From Bacteroidales bacterium (lineage in GTDB: Bacteria > Bacteroidota > Bacteroidia > Bacteroidales > UBA10428), in contig JBGSSA010000141.1 of NCBI GenBank assembly GCA_041737295.1, positions 397 through 64,396 on the forward strand: a stretch of 64,000 bases of DNA. Reading direction: 5' to 3'. The notes beneath the pieces were generated by a model. The model was not told the DNA's origin. It was given only the letters and a program-made list of their open reading frames with translations, and searched no databases. Numbering within the stretch: position 1 is the first letter of the stretch; each line of letters starts with the position of its first letter. Made by a program: the position numbers and the translations under genes. Positions 36,963-46,508 of the stretch are shown piece by piece.

Positions 36963-37928
36963 ATGAAAAAAATTCTATTGGTATTTTTAGCCTCCATCCT
37001 GTGGATAGGGGCATATTCTCAACAAGAACGACAGGTAAGCCAGTATATGTTTGATCTGATTTCAGTTAACCCCGGTTCAGCCGGCAGCACAGATATGATT
37101 TCCACCCACGCTATTTTACGGCAACAGTGGGTGGGCATAGAAGGTGCGCCCCAGGACTTTGTTGTAAATCTGGACGCCCCTTTCAAGCTTTTTAAAGCGC
37201 ATCATGGTGTGGGCCTGTCCATTTCAGATGATAAATGGGGTTTTAATGATGATATCAACCTTACACTGTCTTATGCGTATCAGTTCCAGCTGGGAAACGG
37301 AAAACTCGGGCTTGGCCTCAGCGGCAGTTTTATAAACAGGAAACTGGACCCGGAATGGAGTATACCCACGTCAGCACCGCATGTGCCTGCTGCCAGTGAT
37401 GGGGCTATTCCCGAAGGGAAGCAAAGTAAAAATGTCTTTGACATGGGAGCCGGATTGTTTTACCGGACGGATGATTTATATATCGGGGTATCTTCCACGC
37501 GCCTGCTTGAGGGTGAATTTGTATACACGGAAGGCACTACGGTTGGATCGCCTGAATCAACGGATAAACTGGCACGGCATTATTATCTCACAGCGGGCTA
37601 TACAATGCAACTATCCAATCCTGCTTTTGAATTATTGCCTTCCATGATGCTGCAGTCTGACCTGTCTGCAACAAAAATTGATCTGAATGCGACGGTCATG
37701 TACAATAAAAAGTTCTGGGCCGGCGTTTCCTATAGGGTCGGTGCCGCAGTAGTGGGAATGATAGGGATTGACATTCTGAATGGTGTGAAAATCGGGTATT
37801 CCTACGACTTTGATACATCGGCTCTGGATAATTTTTCAAAGGGTTCTCATGAAGTGATGGTGGGGTACAGCTTCACGCTGGGCATAGAAAAAACGCCCCA
37901 AAAATATAAGAGTATTAGATTTCTGTAA
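36963..37928 (+). CDS. porP: Type IX secretion system membrane protein PorP/SprF
   Basis: QQERQVSQYMFDLISVNPGSAG matches the PorP/SprF N-terminal signature. Precedes gldK. Confidence 0.88.
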   Translation: MKKILLVFLASILWIGAYSQQERQVSQYMFDLISVNPGSAGSTDMISTHAILRQQWVGIEGAPQDFVVNLDAPFKLFKAHHGVGLSISDDKWGFNDDINLTLSYAYQFQLGNGKLGLGLSGSFINRKLDPEWSIPTSAPHVPAASDGAIPEGKQSKNVFDMGAGLFYRTDDLYIGVSSTRLLEGEFVYTEGTTVGSPESTDKLARHYYLTAGYTMQLSNPAFELLPSMMLQSDLSATKIDLNATVMYNKKFWAGVSYRVGAAVVGMIGIDILNGVKIGYSYDFDTSALDNFSKGSHEVMVGYSFTLGIEKTPQKYKSIRFL

Positions 37929-37988
37929 CAAAAACAAGAATTCAATAGTATAAAAGTCTTGTTGAATAGGATTAACATCTTTTAAAAT

Positions 37989-39332
37989 ATGAAAAAGTTA
38001 CTTTCTTTTGGTTTTGCGATGGCGCTGTTCATTATCAGTAGTTGCTCTGGTGGCTCTAATAGCGGTGAGCTTGAGGGTGTCCAGGGAAGGCCGAAGGCTG
38101 TTGGTGAAGCCGATCCTTTTGGCATGGTTTTCATTCCCCAGGGCAGTTATAATATGGGCGGAAACGACCAGGATGCAGCGTGGGCGCAAACATCGGTTAC
38201 AAAAACCGTTACTGTGGATCCGTTCTGGATGGATGAAACGGAAATCACAAACAATGAGTACAGACAATTCGTATTCTGGGTGCGTGACTCAATCATGCGC
38301 AAGATGCTTGGAGACCAGATCCCTGACGATTATTTGATCTCCGAAGACAGGGATGGGAATCCTATTGACCCTCCGGCGATTAACTGGGAAACCAGGATCG
38401 ACACCCGTGATGAAGAGGTAAACCAGGTTTTAAGTGACCTTTACCTGAATCAGCAGGAGCGTTTCTATAATAAAAAAGAAGTGGATACCCGCAAACTGAT
38501 GTATGAATATTTTTGGATTGACCTGAAACAGGCAGCCAAAAAATCGAACCGGTATAACTTCGATACAAAAAAATATGAAGGGTTTATTGTAAACAACCAG
38601 GGTGAAAAAGTTGAGGTCAAGGACCGTTCCTCTTTCGTAATCCGCGACGTGGTTAATGTTTATCCCGATACCCTTGTATGGATTGCCGATTTCACCTACT
38701 CGTTCAACGAGCCTTATACTACTATGTATTTCTGGCATCCGTCATACGATAACTATCCTGTGGTAGGCGTTTCCTGGAAACAGGCTTCCGCTTTCTGCAT
38801 CTGGAGATCGATGCTGCTCAATGCAGCCATGCGTGCCGATGGGAACCCCGGCGTACATGATTACAGGCTTCCGCTTGAATCGGAATGGGAATATGCAGCC
38901 CGTGGCGGTCTGGAAAATTCAATGTATCCCTGGGGAGGTTATTATACCCGTAACAAGGATGGTTGCTTCCTGGCCAATTTCAAACCCCTGCGTGGAAATT
39001 ATGCCGACGACGGTGGCGTAACCGCTGTAAAAGTCGGAACCTATCAGCCGAATGAATATGGACTGTATGATATGTCGGGTAACGTTGCAGAATGGACATC
39101 CAGTGCCTTTGACGAATCCTCCTATATGTTCACACATGACCTGAACCCGGACTACCGCTATAATGCACGTCCCGACGATCCTCCGGTTATGAAGAGAAAA
39201 GTAATCAGGGGTGGTTCATGGAAAGACATCGGGTACTTCATGCAAAATGCAACCCGTAGTTATGAATACCAGGATACATCAAAATCATATATCGGTTTCC
39301 GTTGTGTAAGACCCGTCATGGGCGGCGTGTAA
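37989..39332 (+). CDS. gldK: Gliding motility/T9SS lipoprotein GldK (PorK)
   Basis: Lipoprotein signal ...IISSCSG. SUMF1/FGE-type domain (RGGSWKD, IGFRCV). Confidence 0.93.
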   Translation: MKKLLSFGFAMALFIISSCSGGSNSGELEGVQGRPKAVGEADPFGMVFIPQGSYNMGGNDQDAAWAQTSVTKTVTVDPFWMDETEITNNEYRQFVFWVRDSIMRKMLGDQIPDDYLISEDRDGNPIDPPAINWETRIDTRDEEVNQVLSDLYLNQQERFYNKKEVDTRKLMYEYFWIDLKQAAKKSNRYNFDTKKYEGFIVNNQGEKVEVKDRSSFVIRDVVNVYPDTLVWIADFTYSFNEPYTTMYFWHPSYDNYPVVGVSWKQASAFCIWRSMLLNAAMRADGNPGVHDYRLPLESEWEYAARGGLENSMYPWGGYYTRNKDGCFLANFKPLRGNYADDGGVTAVKVGTYQPNEYGLYDMSGNVAEWTSSAFDESSYMFTHDLNPDYRYNARPDDPPVMKRKVIRGGSWKDIGYFMQNATRSYEYQDTSKSYIGFRCVRPVMGGV

Positions 39333-39380
39333 TACACAGTGATTAAACAAAAATAAATTACTACTAAACGAACAACAATT

Positions 39381-40316
39381 ATGGCAAGCATAACAGACAT
39401 CGTTGAAAGTTCCGGCTGGAAAAAATTTATGGCCAAACTATACGGATGGGGAGCCTCTATAGTAATTGTGGGTGCCCTGTTCAAGATTCAGCACTGGAAA
39501 TTTGCCGGACTGCTGCTTACAATCGGACTTTTGACAGAAGCCACCATCTTTTTCTTTTCAGCTTTCGAACCCCTGCATGAAGAACTTGACTGGACACTGG
39601 TGTATCCTGAACTTGCCGGAATGTCTGAACAGGACGAAATGGATGAACTGAAACAGGTAAATGCCGGTGTCGGCAGCCGTCCGCTGGAACGGATCGAGGA
39701 CCTGTTAGGCGACAGCTCAATCAGTGAAGCTACCATCAAAGGAATTGGTGCCGGTTTGGAAAAACTAAACACCGCGGCCTCAGGTATTGCCGAAATTTCC
39801 GGTGCTACCGCTGCCACCCGTGAATTCCTGAAAAATATACAAACAGCCGCCACTTCCGTGGGCAGTATGAACGACACTTACAACGCGACGGCCCTTACAA
39901 TTAAAGAATCGGCAGGAAACCTGGCCAGCGCCTATCTGCAATCTGCAGATCAGATCGCCAAATCAGGCTCGGAAGTTGCCGGTTCGTATCTTAAAATCGC
40001 GGACACGCTCAAAGGCGAACAGGATGTTATTGCACAGAGTGGCCGTGTTCACGAACAGCATCTCGAGGCACTGAACAAGAATCTGTCTGCCCTGAATGCC
40101 GTGTATGAATTGCAGGTTAAGGAAGGAAGCGACCACCTGAAAGGTTCACAGAAGGTGTATGCAGGCATTGAGGATATGGTTCTCCGATTGAAAGACTCAA
40201 TTGATGAAACCGGCCGTTACAAGGACGAAATTGTAAAACTCAGGGATAATTTATCCTCGCTTAACAACATCTATGGCAATATGTTGTCGGCTATGAATGT
40301 GATCATTAAAAAGTAA
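39381..40316 (+). CDS. gldL: Gliding motility/T9SS protein GldL (PorL)
   Basis: YGWGASIVIVGALFKIQHW...TEATIFFFSAFEP are the conserved GldL TM helices. Confidence 0.92.
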   Translation: MASITDIVESSGWKKFMAKLYGWGASIVIVGALFKIQHWKFAGLLLTIGLLTEATIFFFSAFEPLHEELDWTLVYPELAGMSEQDEMDELKQVNAGVGSRPLERIEDLLGDSSISEATIKGIGAGLEKLNTAASGIAEISGATAATREFLKNIQTAATSVGSMNDTYNATALTIKESAGNLASAYLQSADQIAKSGSEVAGSYLKIADTLKGEQDVIAQSGRVHEQHLEALNKNLSALNAVYELQVKEGSDHLKGSQKVYAGIEDMVLRLKDSIDETGRYKDEIVKLRDNLSSLNNIYGNMLSAMNVIIKK

Positions 40317-40338
40317 TTTCTCTTATCCTTTCATAGAT

Positions 40339-42012
40339 ATGGCACACGGCAAAGAGACTCCAAGACAAAAAATGATCGGTATGATGTATTTGGTGCTGAC
40401 AGCATTGCTGGCACTGAATGTATCAACGAGTGTATTGGATGCCTTCAAGATCATCGATGAAGGACTCGAGAAAACGGGCGTAACATTAAATAATAAGAAT
40501 AACGATATTTATACTGAGTTCTATAAGGCTAACCAGGTAAATCCGACAAAAACGGCCATTTGGAATAACCGTGCACTTGAAGTTAAAGAACACGCGGATA
40601 AATTGAATACCTATATCCAGGATCTGAAATTGAAAGTGCTTTCCGATGCGGAAAAGGGCAAATCCAAGGCCATTAATGGCAAAGTCATTGACCGTGATGA
40701 GATCGTGGCCATTGATAATTATGACACCCCTCACCAGGTGATGATCGGGAATGAACTCACCGATAAAAGTGAGGCCCGTAAGCTGAAGAAAGAAATCGCT
40801 GATTTCAGGGAATTCCTCCTGACCCTTGTTAAGGAAAAGGAACTTCCCAAAGAACTGAAAGAAACCATATCGAAAAGTCTGGATACAGAACCCCCGACTC
40901 CAAAAAAAGGCAAGAAACAGGATCCCGAACACGCTACCTGGGAATACCATAAATTTGGTCATTCACCGCTGATGGGCTTTCTGGCAATCATGTCGTCATT
41001 ACAGATCGATACCCGGAATGCTGAATCGGATATGATCAATTACCTGTATTCACAGATCAGTGCAGGGGAGGTAAAATTCAACAGGCTCGATGCAGTGGTG
41101 ATCCCGAAATCGAATTATGTAATCAAAGGACACGACTATGAAGCCGCTATCTACCTGGCAGCCAGGGATACGACGCAGGATCCGGAGATCTTTGTGGTTG
41201 AAGGTGTAAAAGAACCCTGGGTAGAAGTTACCGATGCATCCGGCACAATACGATATGAGCAGAAAAAAGAGCTGAACTACAGGAAACTTGATGTTGAAAA
41301 AGGTACCGGAAAAGGAATATATAAAGTGGGTGGCGGTTCCGTTGGCTCACGCATATGGGGTGGCATTATCAAGATCAAAGGCCCGGGCGGCGACCCCATC
41401 ATTAAGCCGTTTTCATCCGAATATACAGTGGCAGAAGGAAGTGTGGTTGTTTCCCCTACCAAGATGAATGTGTTTTACCTGGGAGTTGATAATCCCGTGG
41501 AGATCTCTGTATCCGGGGTTGCCGGCAACAAGATCAGGGCAAATGCATCCAATGGAACACTCGATCCCCGTGGGAACAGCTTTGTCATGCATCCAAAAAG
41601 GGTGGGAAATTGCCAAATATTCGTTTCTGCTGAACTCGATGGAAAATGGACGCAGGTGGGAACAAAAGAATTCCGGGTTAAACCGGTACCTGATCCGGAG
41701 GCCAAGGTCAACAACCAGAAAGGCGGAGGAATTGCCAAGAACGTATTGATGGCTCAGAGTGGTGTGATCGCTGCTATGCCTCCCGATTTTGATTTTGACC
41801 TTAAATTTACGGTCACTGAATTTTCTGTAGGGGCAATCGTCCAGGGTTTTTATCAGGAGAGAAGGGTAAAAGGAAACCAGTTTAACCAGGAAGTCAGAAA
41901 CCTGATCAATACCCTGAGTAAAGGTAATCCTGTCTGGATACAGGACATCAGGGCTGTAGGACCCGACGGTTCCGTCAGAACATTATCCACGATAAATTTT
42001 AAACTGAATTAA
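40339..42012 (+). CDS. gldM: Gliding motility/T9SS protein GldM (PorM)
   Basis: N-terminus PRQKMIGMMYLVLTALLALNVS is the GldM signature. 557 aa. Confidence 0.92.
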   Translation: MAHGKETPRQKMIGMMYLVLTALLALNVSTSVLDAFKIIDEGLEKTGVTLNNKNNDIYTEFYKANQVNPTKTAIWNNRALEVKEHADKLNTYIQDLKLKVLSDAEKGKSKAINGKVIDRDEIVAIDNYDTPHQVMIGNELTDKSEARKLKKEIADFREFLLTLVKEKELPKELKETISKSLDTEPPTPKKGKKQDPEHATWEYHKFGHSPLMGFLAIMSSLQIDTRNAESDMINYLYSQISAGEVKFNRLDAVVIPKSNYVIKGHDYEAAIYLAARDTTQDPEIFVVEGVKEPWVEVTDASGTIRYEQKKELNYRKLDVEKGTGKGIYKVGGGSVGSRIWGGIIKIKGPGGDPIIKPFSSEYTVAEGSVVVSPTKMNVFYLGVDNPVEISVSGVAGNKIRANASNGTLDPRGNSFVMHPKRVGNCQIFVSAELDGKWTQVGTKEFRVKPVPDPEAKVNNQKGGGIAKNVLMAQSGVIAAMPPDFDFDLKFTVTEFSVGAIVQGFYQERRVKGNQFNQEVRNLINTLSKGNPVWIQDIRAVGPDGSVRTLSTINFKLN

Positions 42013-42024
42013 TTCAATTAACAT

Positions 42025-42888
42025 ATGAAACGAGTTGCTTTATTATGCATCGGATTGGCGATGATTGCTGTTGTACCGCAGAAGTTGAAATCCCAGGATA
42101 TCTTAACTGAAGTATATACCCGCGAACATATTCCGAACAAAGCCCCGGTACCTTATGCCTATACAAGGGAAGCCGATGTTATGTGGGCAAAGGATATCTA
42201 CAGGATCATTGACCTGAAGGAAAAACAGAATCTTCCCCTGTATTATCCCACAAACCCTATTAACGACAGGTATAACCTGGTTCAGCTGATCCTGTGGGGT
42301 ATAGATAATGAAGGCATCCGCGCTTTTTCACAGGATGATCCGAAAAATGAATTTACTGTTCCCCTCGATAGGGCAAAGGTTGATGAGGCACTGGGTGCCG
42401 GTACGGTCACAATTAAAAAACCGGATATTAATACCGGGTTGATGACGGACACCACCATTCAGAACGACAGGAAAACGGATGAGGTAAAACAGGTGCTTGT
42501 CAAGGAAAAATGGTTTTTTGATAAAAACCTTTCGACAATGAACGTGCGCATTGTAGGCGTTTGCCCGATCCGCGTATACTATAAAACAGATGACCAGGGA
42601 TTGCCTACGGATGCTATTATCAAACAGAAGACTTTCTGGGTATATTTTCCCGAGATCAGGCCGTTGCTGTCACGTCATGAAATATTCAATGACAATAACG
42701 ATGCACAACGCATTTCATTTGATGACTACTTCATGCAGAGACGCTTCAGCAGTTATATTTTCGCTGAATCAAACGTGTATTCAAACCGCGCCATCAATTC
42801 ATATGCCCTCGGCATGGATGCATTGCTCGAAGCAGAAAAGGTGAAGGAATACCTCTTCAACATGGAACACGACCTGTGGGAATACTAG
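42025..42888 (+). CDS. gldN: Gliding motility/T9SS protein GldN (PorN)
   Basis: 287 aa with a signal peptide, in the conserved position after gldM. Confidence 0.88.
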   Translation: MKRVALLCIGLAMIAVVPQKLKSQDILTEVYTREHIPNKAPVPYAYTREADVMWAKDIYRIIDLKEKQNLPLYYPTNPINDRYNLVQLILWGIDNEGIRAFSQDDPKNEFTVPLDRAKVDEALGAGTVTIKKPDINTGLMTDTTIQNDRKTDEVKQVLVKEKWFFDKNLSTMNVRIVGVCPIRVYYKTDDQGLPTDAIIKQKTFWVYFPEIRPLLSRHEIFNDNNDAQRISFDDYFMQRRFSSYIFAESNVYSNRAINSYALGMDALLEAEKVKEYLFNMEHDLWEY

Positions 42889-42901
42889 ACGGGTAAAACA
42901 T

Positions 42902-42937
42902 AAAAAAAAACCCCGCCAGTTGGCGGGGTTTTTTTTT
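42902..42937. terminator. Bidirectional intrinsic terminator
   Basis: A9-CCCCGCC-AGTT-GGCGGGG-T9, between convergent gldN and manC. The T-tract overlaps the manC stop. Confidence 0.9.
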
Positions 42938-44030
42938 AGATATACTCCTCCCCTTTCTCAATCTTCACATCATTCACATAATTTTTTATCTTCTGCTCAT
43001 CCTGTTTTTTACAGATCAGGAGAATATTATCGGATTCCACAACGATAAAGTCGTCAAGTCCCTGGATCACGGCCAGCTTGTTATCAGGCAGATTGATCAG
43101 GCAGTTTTGCGTGTTGTAGGTAAATACGTTTGAACCGCTGATTGTATTGTTATCCTCATTCTTATTCAGAATATCATATAAGGAACCCCATGTTCCCAGG
43201 TCAGACCATCCGAAATCAGAGCAAAGCACATGCACATTATCTGCTTTTTCCATGATGCCGTAGTCAATCGAAATATTTTTACAGTTCGGATACGCCCTGG
43301 CAATAAAGTCAACTTCCTTATCGGTATTGTAAAATTCTTCCCCTTCCTTGAACAATTGATCCACATCAGGCAAAAATACATTGAAAGCCTGCATGATGGA
43401 TTTTAGAGACCAGAAAAACATCCCCGAGTTCCAGAAAAAATCACCGCTTTGAATAAATACCTCGGCCATTTCCAGATCCGGTTTTTCAGTGAATGTTTTC
43501 ACTTTTCTGAAACTCTTGTTGAACTCAATCCGGGTTTTATCGCCGTTGATCTGTATATAACCATATCCCGTTTCAGGTCGGCTGGGCCTGAGGCCCAGGG
43601 TAAGCATCCGGTCATTGCCGGTGACAAATTCAAGTCCCTTGGTCACCACATCCAGAAAATCGGCTTCGTTAAGGATAACATGGTCAGAGGGAGCCACCAT
43701 GATATTTGCCTCCGGGTTCAGGCGCATGATCTTATAGTTGGCATAGGCAATACAGGGGGCAGTATTACGGCGCATCGGTTCGAGCAACACCTGGTCGCTC
43801 TTGATTTCAGGCAGCTGTTTTGCTACCAGTGCTTCATAGTCCTCGTTGGTTACTATAAAAATGTTTTCCACCGGGAATACTTTCCGCAGGCGATCAAAGG
43901 TTTGCTGAATCAGGGTCCGCCCGGTTCCCAGGATATCCAAAAACTGTTTGGGCTTGCGGGTACGGCTCAGAGGCCAGAATCGACTGCCGATGCCACCGGC
44001 CATAATAATGCAATAATGGTTTTTATTCAT
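42936..44030 (-). CDS. manC: Mannose-1-phosphate guanylyltransferase
   Basis: IIMAGGIGSRFWPLSR nucleotidyltransferase motif. 364 aa. Confidence 0.88.
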   Translation of the reverse strand: MNKNHYCIIMAGGIGSRFWPLSRTRKPKQFLDILGTGRTLIQQTFDRLRKVFPVENIFIVTNEDYEALVAKQLPEIKSDQVLLEPMRRNTAPCIAYANYKIMRLNPEANIMVAPSDHVILNEADFLDVVTKGLEFVTGNDRMLTLGLRPSRPETGYGYIQINGDKTRIEFNKSFRKVKTFTEKPDLEMAEVFIQSGDFFWNSGMFFWSLKSIMQAFNVFLPDVDQLFKEGEEFYNTDKEVDFIARAYPNCKNISIDYGIMEKADNVHVLCSDFGWSDLGTWGSLYDILNKNEDNNTISGSNVFTYNTQNCLINLPDNKLAVIQGLDDFIVVESDNILLICKKQDEQKIKNYVNDVKIEKGEEYI

Positions 44031-44158
44031 GAAAATCAGCTTTGTAGTTGTATTAGAGAGTTTACGAATTTACTAAAATAACCTGAGTATGGTTCAATAT
44101 TTTGATATAGAATAGCAAACTGGCGATCAACGAGGATATTATTTTGATTTTATATCAC

Positions 44159-44166
44159 TATTTTTG
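44159..44166 (+). promoter_or_regulatory. Candidate -7 promoter box TATTTTTG 5 nt upstream of the mlaE ATG
   Basis: TATTTTTGcggacATG, a perfect TAnnTTTG match. Confidence 0.3.
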
Positions 44167-44171
44167 CGGAC

Positions 44172-44912
44172 ATGAAATTCTTCAGCATTTTTGGCCGGTA
44201 TATCCTTCTGTTAAGACGGGTTTTTTCAAAGCCTGAAAAATCCAAAATTTACTTCCAGCAGATTTTTAAAGAAATAGAAAATCTTGGCCTGAATTCCATT
44301 GGAATCGTTATTCTCATCTCCATATTCATTGGAGCCGTAATTACTCTCCAAACACGATATAACCTGGAAAGTTCATGGATTCCCCTTTATCTGATCGGAC
44401 TTACAGCACGCGATACAATCCTGCTTGAGTTTTCATCCACCATGGTAGGACTTATTCTGGCGGGCAAGGTGGGATCAAACATTGCCTCTGAAATAGGGCA
44501 TATGCGCATTACAGAACAAATCGATGCGTTGGAAATGATGGGCATCAACTCGGCCAGTTATCTCATCCTGCCAAAAGTTATTGCGGCCATGGTTTTCAAC
44601 CCGTTCCTTACCCTGATCAGCATGGGTGTTGGTATCTTCGGGGGGTGGTTAGCCTCGGTCGTGACGGGCGCCCTTTCATCAGCAGATTATATTTATGGGA
44701 TACAATATCTGTTTGTACCCTTCTATATAACCTATGCCCTCGTAAAAACGGTTGTATATGCCTTCATCATCACCTCGGTCTCTGCTTTTTATGGCTATTA
44801 TGTGCAGGGCGGTGCATTGGAAGTGGGCCGCTCCAGTACACGCGGTGTTGTTTACAGCAGTATACTTATCCTTCTGGCCGACCTTGTACTTACACAACTT
44901 ATGCTCGCCTGA
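44172..44912 (+). CDS. mlaE: MlaE-family ABC transporter permease
   Basis: 246 aa with the MlaE/Ttg2B topology and motifs (EIGHMRITEQIDALEMMG). Confidence 0.82.
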   Translation: MKFFSIFGRYILLLRRVFSKPEKSKIYFQQIFKEIENLGLNSIGIVILISIFIGAVITLQTRYNLESSWIPLYLIGLTARDTILLEFSSTMVGLILAGKVGSNIASEIGHMRITEQIDALEMMGINSASYLILPKVIAAMVFNPFLTLISMGVGIFGGWLASVVTGALSSADYIYGIQYLFVPFYITYALVKTVVYAFIITSVSAFYGYYVQGGALEVGRSSTRGVVYSSILILLADLVLTQLMLA

Positions 44913-45673
44913 TGATCACTGTGAATAACCTGCATAAATCCTTCAACGGCGTACCGGTTCTCAAGGGAATATCCGTCAGTTTCGAGAAGGGCAAAACCAA
45001 CCTTATCATCGGCCGGAGCGGATCGGGAAAAACCGTCCTCGTCAAATGCCTCGTCGGACTTCATGAGGTAGACCAGGGAACTATCTTTTATGACAAACGG
45101 AATTTTGTGGAAATGGACTTTGAATCCCGTAAAGAGATCCGCCGTGAAATCGGCATGCTTTTCCAGGGAGGCGCCCTCTTTGATTCACTGACGGTTGAAG
45201 AGAATGTGATGTTCCCACTCAATATGTTTACCGAAATGAGTTTGCGTGAAAAACTCGAACATACCAACTTATGCCTGAAACGGGTGGATCTTGTGAATGT
45301 GAACAAACTCTATCCCGGGGAATTAAGCGGGGGAATGAAGAAAAGGGTGGCCATTGCAAGGGCGATCGTGGAAAATCCCAAGTACCTCTTTTGTGATGAA
45401 CCCAACTCCGGCCTCGATCCTAAAACCGCACTCGTTATCGATGATCTTATCAGTGAAATTACCCATGAATATGACATCACCACCGTTATCAATACCCATG
45501 ATATGAACTCGGTGATGGAAATCGGTGAAAAAGTGATTTTCATTCATGATGGACATAAGTCGTGGGAGGGCACACGGGAGGAAATCCTCGACAGCGATGA
45601 TGAGAACCTCAACGACTTTGTTTTCGCATCCAATTTTGCTAAAAAAATCAAGTCCCTTACCGGTAACCAGTAG
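44912..45673 (+). CDS. mlaF: MlaF-family ABC transporter ATP-binding protein
   Basis: Walker A GRSGSGKT, signature LSGGMKKR, Walker B LFCDEP. The start ATG overlaps the mlaE stop (TGATG). The 89 upstream codons of ORF 44645 overlap mlaE and are rejected. Confidence 0.88.
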   Translation: MITVNNLHKSFNGVPVLKGISVSFEKGKTNLIIGRSGSGKTVLVKCLVGLHEVDQGTIFYDKRNFVEMDFESRKEIRREIGMLFQGGALFDSLTVEENVMFPLNMFTEMSLREKLEHTNLCLKRVDLVNVNKLYPGELSGGMKKRVAIARAIVENPKYLFCDEPNSGLDPKTALVIDDLISEITHEYDITTVINTHDMNSVMEIGEKVIFIHDGHKSWEGTREEILDSDDENLNDFVFASNFAKKIKSLTGNQ

Positions 45674-45687
45674 TCAGTAATCGGTAG

Positions 45688-45714
45688 TAGAGACAAGGCA
45701 ATGCCTTGTCTGTA
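45688..45714. terminator. Hairpin repeat of the TAGAG-stem-loop class after mlaF
   Basis: AGACAAGGC-AAT-GCCTTGTCT (9-bp perfect stem, 45691..45711) with partial extension. It has the same TAGAG 5' flank as the hairpins at 29551 and 29595. Confidence 0.55.
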
Positions 45715-45738
45715 AGATTTCCAACATATCAATGAATA

Positions 45739-45913
45739 CAGTTTTGCAGTTTTGCAGTTTCCTTCAGCAGGGTATAGGAAAATCGATCAGGATATTTATA
45801 AGATATCCGGAAAATTTAAACGCAGTGGTCGCAGAGTTTTCGCGAAGAACGCTAAAGTTTTGTTTACCAGGCTTTATTGAGGTCGCAGAGAAGAAATCTC
45901 ATTGCATTCGATT
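45739..45913 (-). repeat. Core element copy C, plus hairpin segment, plus (AACTGCAA)x2.5, in minus orientation
   Basis: Its reverse complement aligns with 11844..12020 over the full length, at about 89% by hand alignment. Confidence 0.85.
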
Positions 45914-45932
45914 TATATTTCCGGAATCAGAT

Positions 45933-46004
45933 CAACCAATCAACCAATCAACCAATCAACAAATCAACAAATCAACAGATCAACAAATCAACAAATCAAC
46001 AAAT
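45933..46004. repeat. 8-mer tandem repeat x9 (CAACCAAT x3, CAACAAAT x2, CAACAGAT, CAACAAAT x3)
   Basis: Direct reading. The last T is the first base of the complement of the DUF4834 stop codon. Confidence 0.95.
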
Positions 46005-46267
46005 TACTTCACCTCCTCATAATCCACATACACTCCGCTTCTGGGCTTATTTTTATTATTCTGCTGAGGTGAATAATCGATAGAAACTTCCCCTTCCTGC
46101 TTCTTTGCCTTTTGCGATTTCTGGTATTCCTTTTTATGCTGTTTGGCAAATTCCCTTGCTTTGTCATCCATAAAATTGAAAAACAACGCAGGCATAATGT
46201 ACCTCATAAATAACCGGATAATATAGGTTATTATTATTATGATCAGTATAGTCCTGAGTACCGCCAT
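46004..46267 (-). CDS. DUF4834-like small membrane protein
   Basis: N-terminal TM helix LRTILIIIIITYIIRLF, a K/Q-rich linker, and the C-terminal GEVSIDY...YVDYEEVK typical of this family. ATG 46267 is preferred over TTG 46288. Confidence 0.6.
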   Translation of the reverse strand: MAVLRTILIIIIITYIIRLFMRYIMPALFFNFMDDKAREFAKQHKKEYQKSQKAKKQEGEVSIDYSPQQNNKNKPRSGVYVDYEEVK

Positions 46268-46285
46268 ATCAATACTATTTTTGTA

Positions 46286-46293
46286 CAAAGATA
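46286..46293 (-). promoter_or_regulatory. Candidate -7 promoter box TATCTTTG for the DUF4834 gene
   Basis: Perfect TAnnTTTG match on the minus strand, 18 nt upstream of ATG 46267. Confidence 0.4.
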
Positions 46294-46302
46294 CTAATTT
46301 GT

Positions 46303-46337
46303 AGTTGAAAGTTGATGGTTGATGGTCGATAGTTTTA
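46303..46337. repeat. 7-mer tandem repeat (AGTTGAA, AGTTGAT, GGTTGAT, GGTCGAT, AGTTTTA)
   Basis: Direct reading. It is the complement of the TCAACNA family. Confidence 0.85.
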
Positions 46338-46351
46338 CACGGTAACGGACA

Positions 46352-46431
46352 GATTGCATGACTGCACGACTGCGCGACTGCCGAACTGCCGAACTGCTAA
46401 ACTGCTAAACTGCAAAACTGCAAAACTTTCT
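46352..46431. repeat. 8-mer tandem repeat x10 with stepwise unit drift, from GATTGCAT to AACTTTCT
   Basis: gattgcat gactgcac gactgcgc gactgccg aactgccg aactgcta x2 aactgcaa x2 aactttct. Confidence 0.95.
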
Positions 46432-46459
46432 TGTCCCTTGTCCCTTGTCCCTCGTCCCT
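46432..46459. repeat. 7-mer tandem repeat (TGTCCCT x3, CGTCCCT)
   Basis: Direct reading, followed by T8. The module order matches 3085..3171. Confidence 0.92.
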
Positions 46460-46508
46460 TTTTTTTACTACCTTTACGGGCGTTAAAAAATAAATCCCAA
46501 AAAAACAC

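Noticed and set aside
44645-44911. Upstream 89 codons of ORF 44645..45673
   Set aside because: They overlap mlaE in another frame. The ABC ATPase homology starts at MITVNNLHKSF (ATG 44912), coupled to the mlaE stop by TGATG.
45732-46083. ORFs 45732..46022 and 45877..46083 (+), with QSTNQQINKSTDQQINK-type repeats
   Set aside because: They are translations of the core element and the 8-mer array, and they overlap the DUF4834 gene on the other strand.
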